DNA from: Hydrolagus colliei | Lineage: Eukaryota | NCBI GenBank assembly: GCA_035084275.1 | Contig: CM068745.1 | Location: 53,072,001-53,136,000, forward strand | Length of the DNA stretch: 64,000 bases | Direction: 5' to 3' | Made by a program: the position numbers and the translations under genes | Shown here: positions 63,327 through 64,000 of the stretch, piece after piece | Layout of the letters: every line of letters starts with the position of its first letter | How positions within the stretch are numbered: position 1 is the stretch's first letter | Notes under the pieces: model-generated | Told to the model about the DNA's origin: nothing | What the model saw: only the letters and a program-made list of their open reading frames with translations | Database searches by the model: none

Positions 63327-64000
63327 TATATAATCCTTTAGACTGGTGAGCAATCGTATCCCATGTAAGATTGTAGTACCTGTTAACGTGATGCTGTTAT
63401 CCTTCAGGTTGAACATCATCACAATCAGCTGTTAAACCCTTTCTCCTACATCACACAGCTTCAGCCATACAACCGCACCCGGCGCACTGGTCGCATAATG
63501 GTAAAATTGACATTATATTTTATTTTGTTTTTTTCTGCAAAAAAAAGTGTCAGTGCATTCTGCACTGCTTGTATGTAATTCAGCTATATGCAAAATCTGT
63601 TTATATGCAAATTTATTTTAATATTATGATTTTTTTTCCCCCTTCCCCTCCCCCTTACCATTCAGTGACTTTCAAGTCCATGTCTCCTTACAAAGGCCAC
63701 ATACATTCATATTTCACCTCTGACTGATGCCTGTTCATTTACAGGACAGATGGTTTCAATAATTTGTAAATATCAGGTCCAGAGCAATATGATTTATTTT
63801 TCTCCCTTCCATTTTCTCCCCTCTGCTCCTAAAAGTCCCAGCTCATGTTGTCGGTTAGCTTGTGCAAGTCACTATCCTTTATGACAATGAGTGTCGGAAG
63901 GCTATTCAGACTTAGAAGGGTATCCCGTCTAAAGTGAATATGCCTCAGTATTTATGCGCACGCACTTTCAAAGCATTGTGTCACTAGACAGTGGTCATGA

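Larger units (their letters stand above)
57471..64000 (+). other. DACH1: DACH1 intron downstream of the exon (continues beyond the window)
   Basis: Starts gtaaat. The expected next exon (ERVPDSPSPAPS-like) was not seen before 64000. Confidence 0.7.

Overview
AT-rich vertebrate genomic DNA, most likely a cartilaginous fish. That assignment is inferred from the repeat repertoire: CR1 with (ATTCTATG)n tails, L2 with (TTG)n tails, tRNA-headed SINEs with L2-like tails, and Penelope-type remnants. The window lies inside the Dachshund homolog 1 (DACH1) gene on the + strand. The only host coding exon I can support is 173 bp at 57298-57470 (GLELPFMMMPHPLIPVSLPPASVTMAMSQMNHLSTIANMAAAAQVQNPPSRMETSVIK). 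Everything else appears intronic: 5'-truncated L2 and CR1 LINEs, many SINEs, Tc1/mariner-pogo (Tigger-like) and hAT non-autonomous DNA transposons (several nested), poly(C) tracts and repeat-free blocks that look like conserved non-coding elements. The longer ORFs in the supplied track are transposon debris or low-complexity artefacts, and I found no novel protein-coding system. The best leads are regulatory or RNA-level: a candidate poison exon inside a CNE-like block bracketed by a ~95-bp direct repeat, an RBFOX-motif cluster tied into a 24-bp long-range stem downstream of the exon, a palindromic PBX/MEIS-site element, a very young GA-minisatellite transposon carrying a strong splice donor, and a split hammerhead-ribozyme relic. 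Conservation and expression cannot be seen from this sequence alone.
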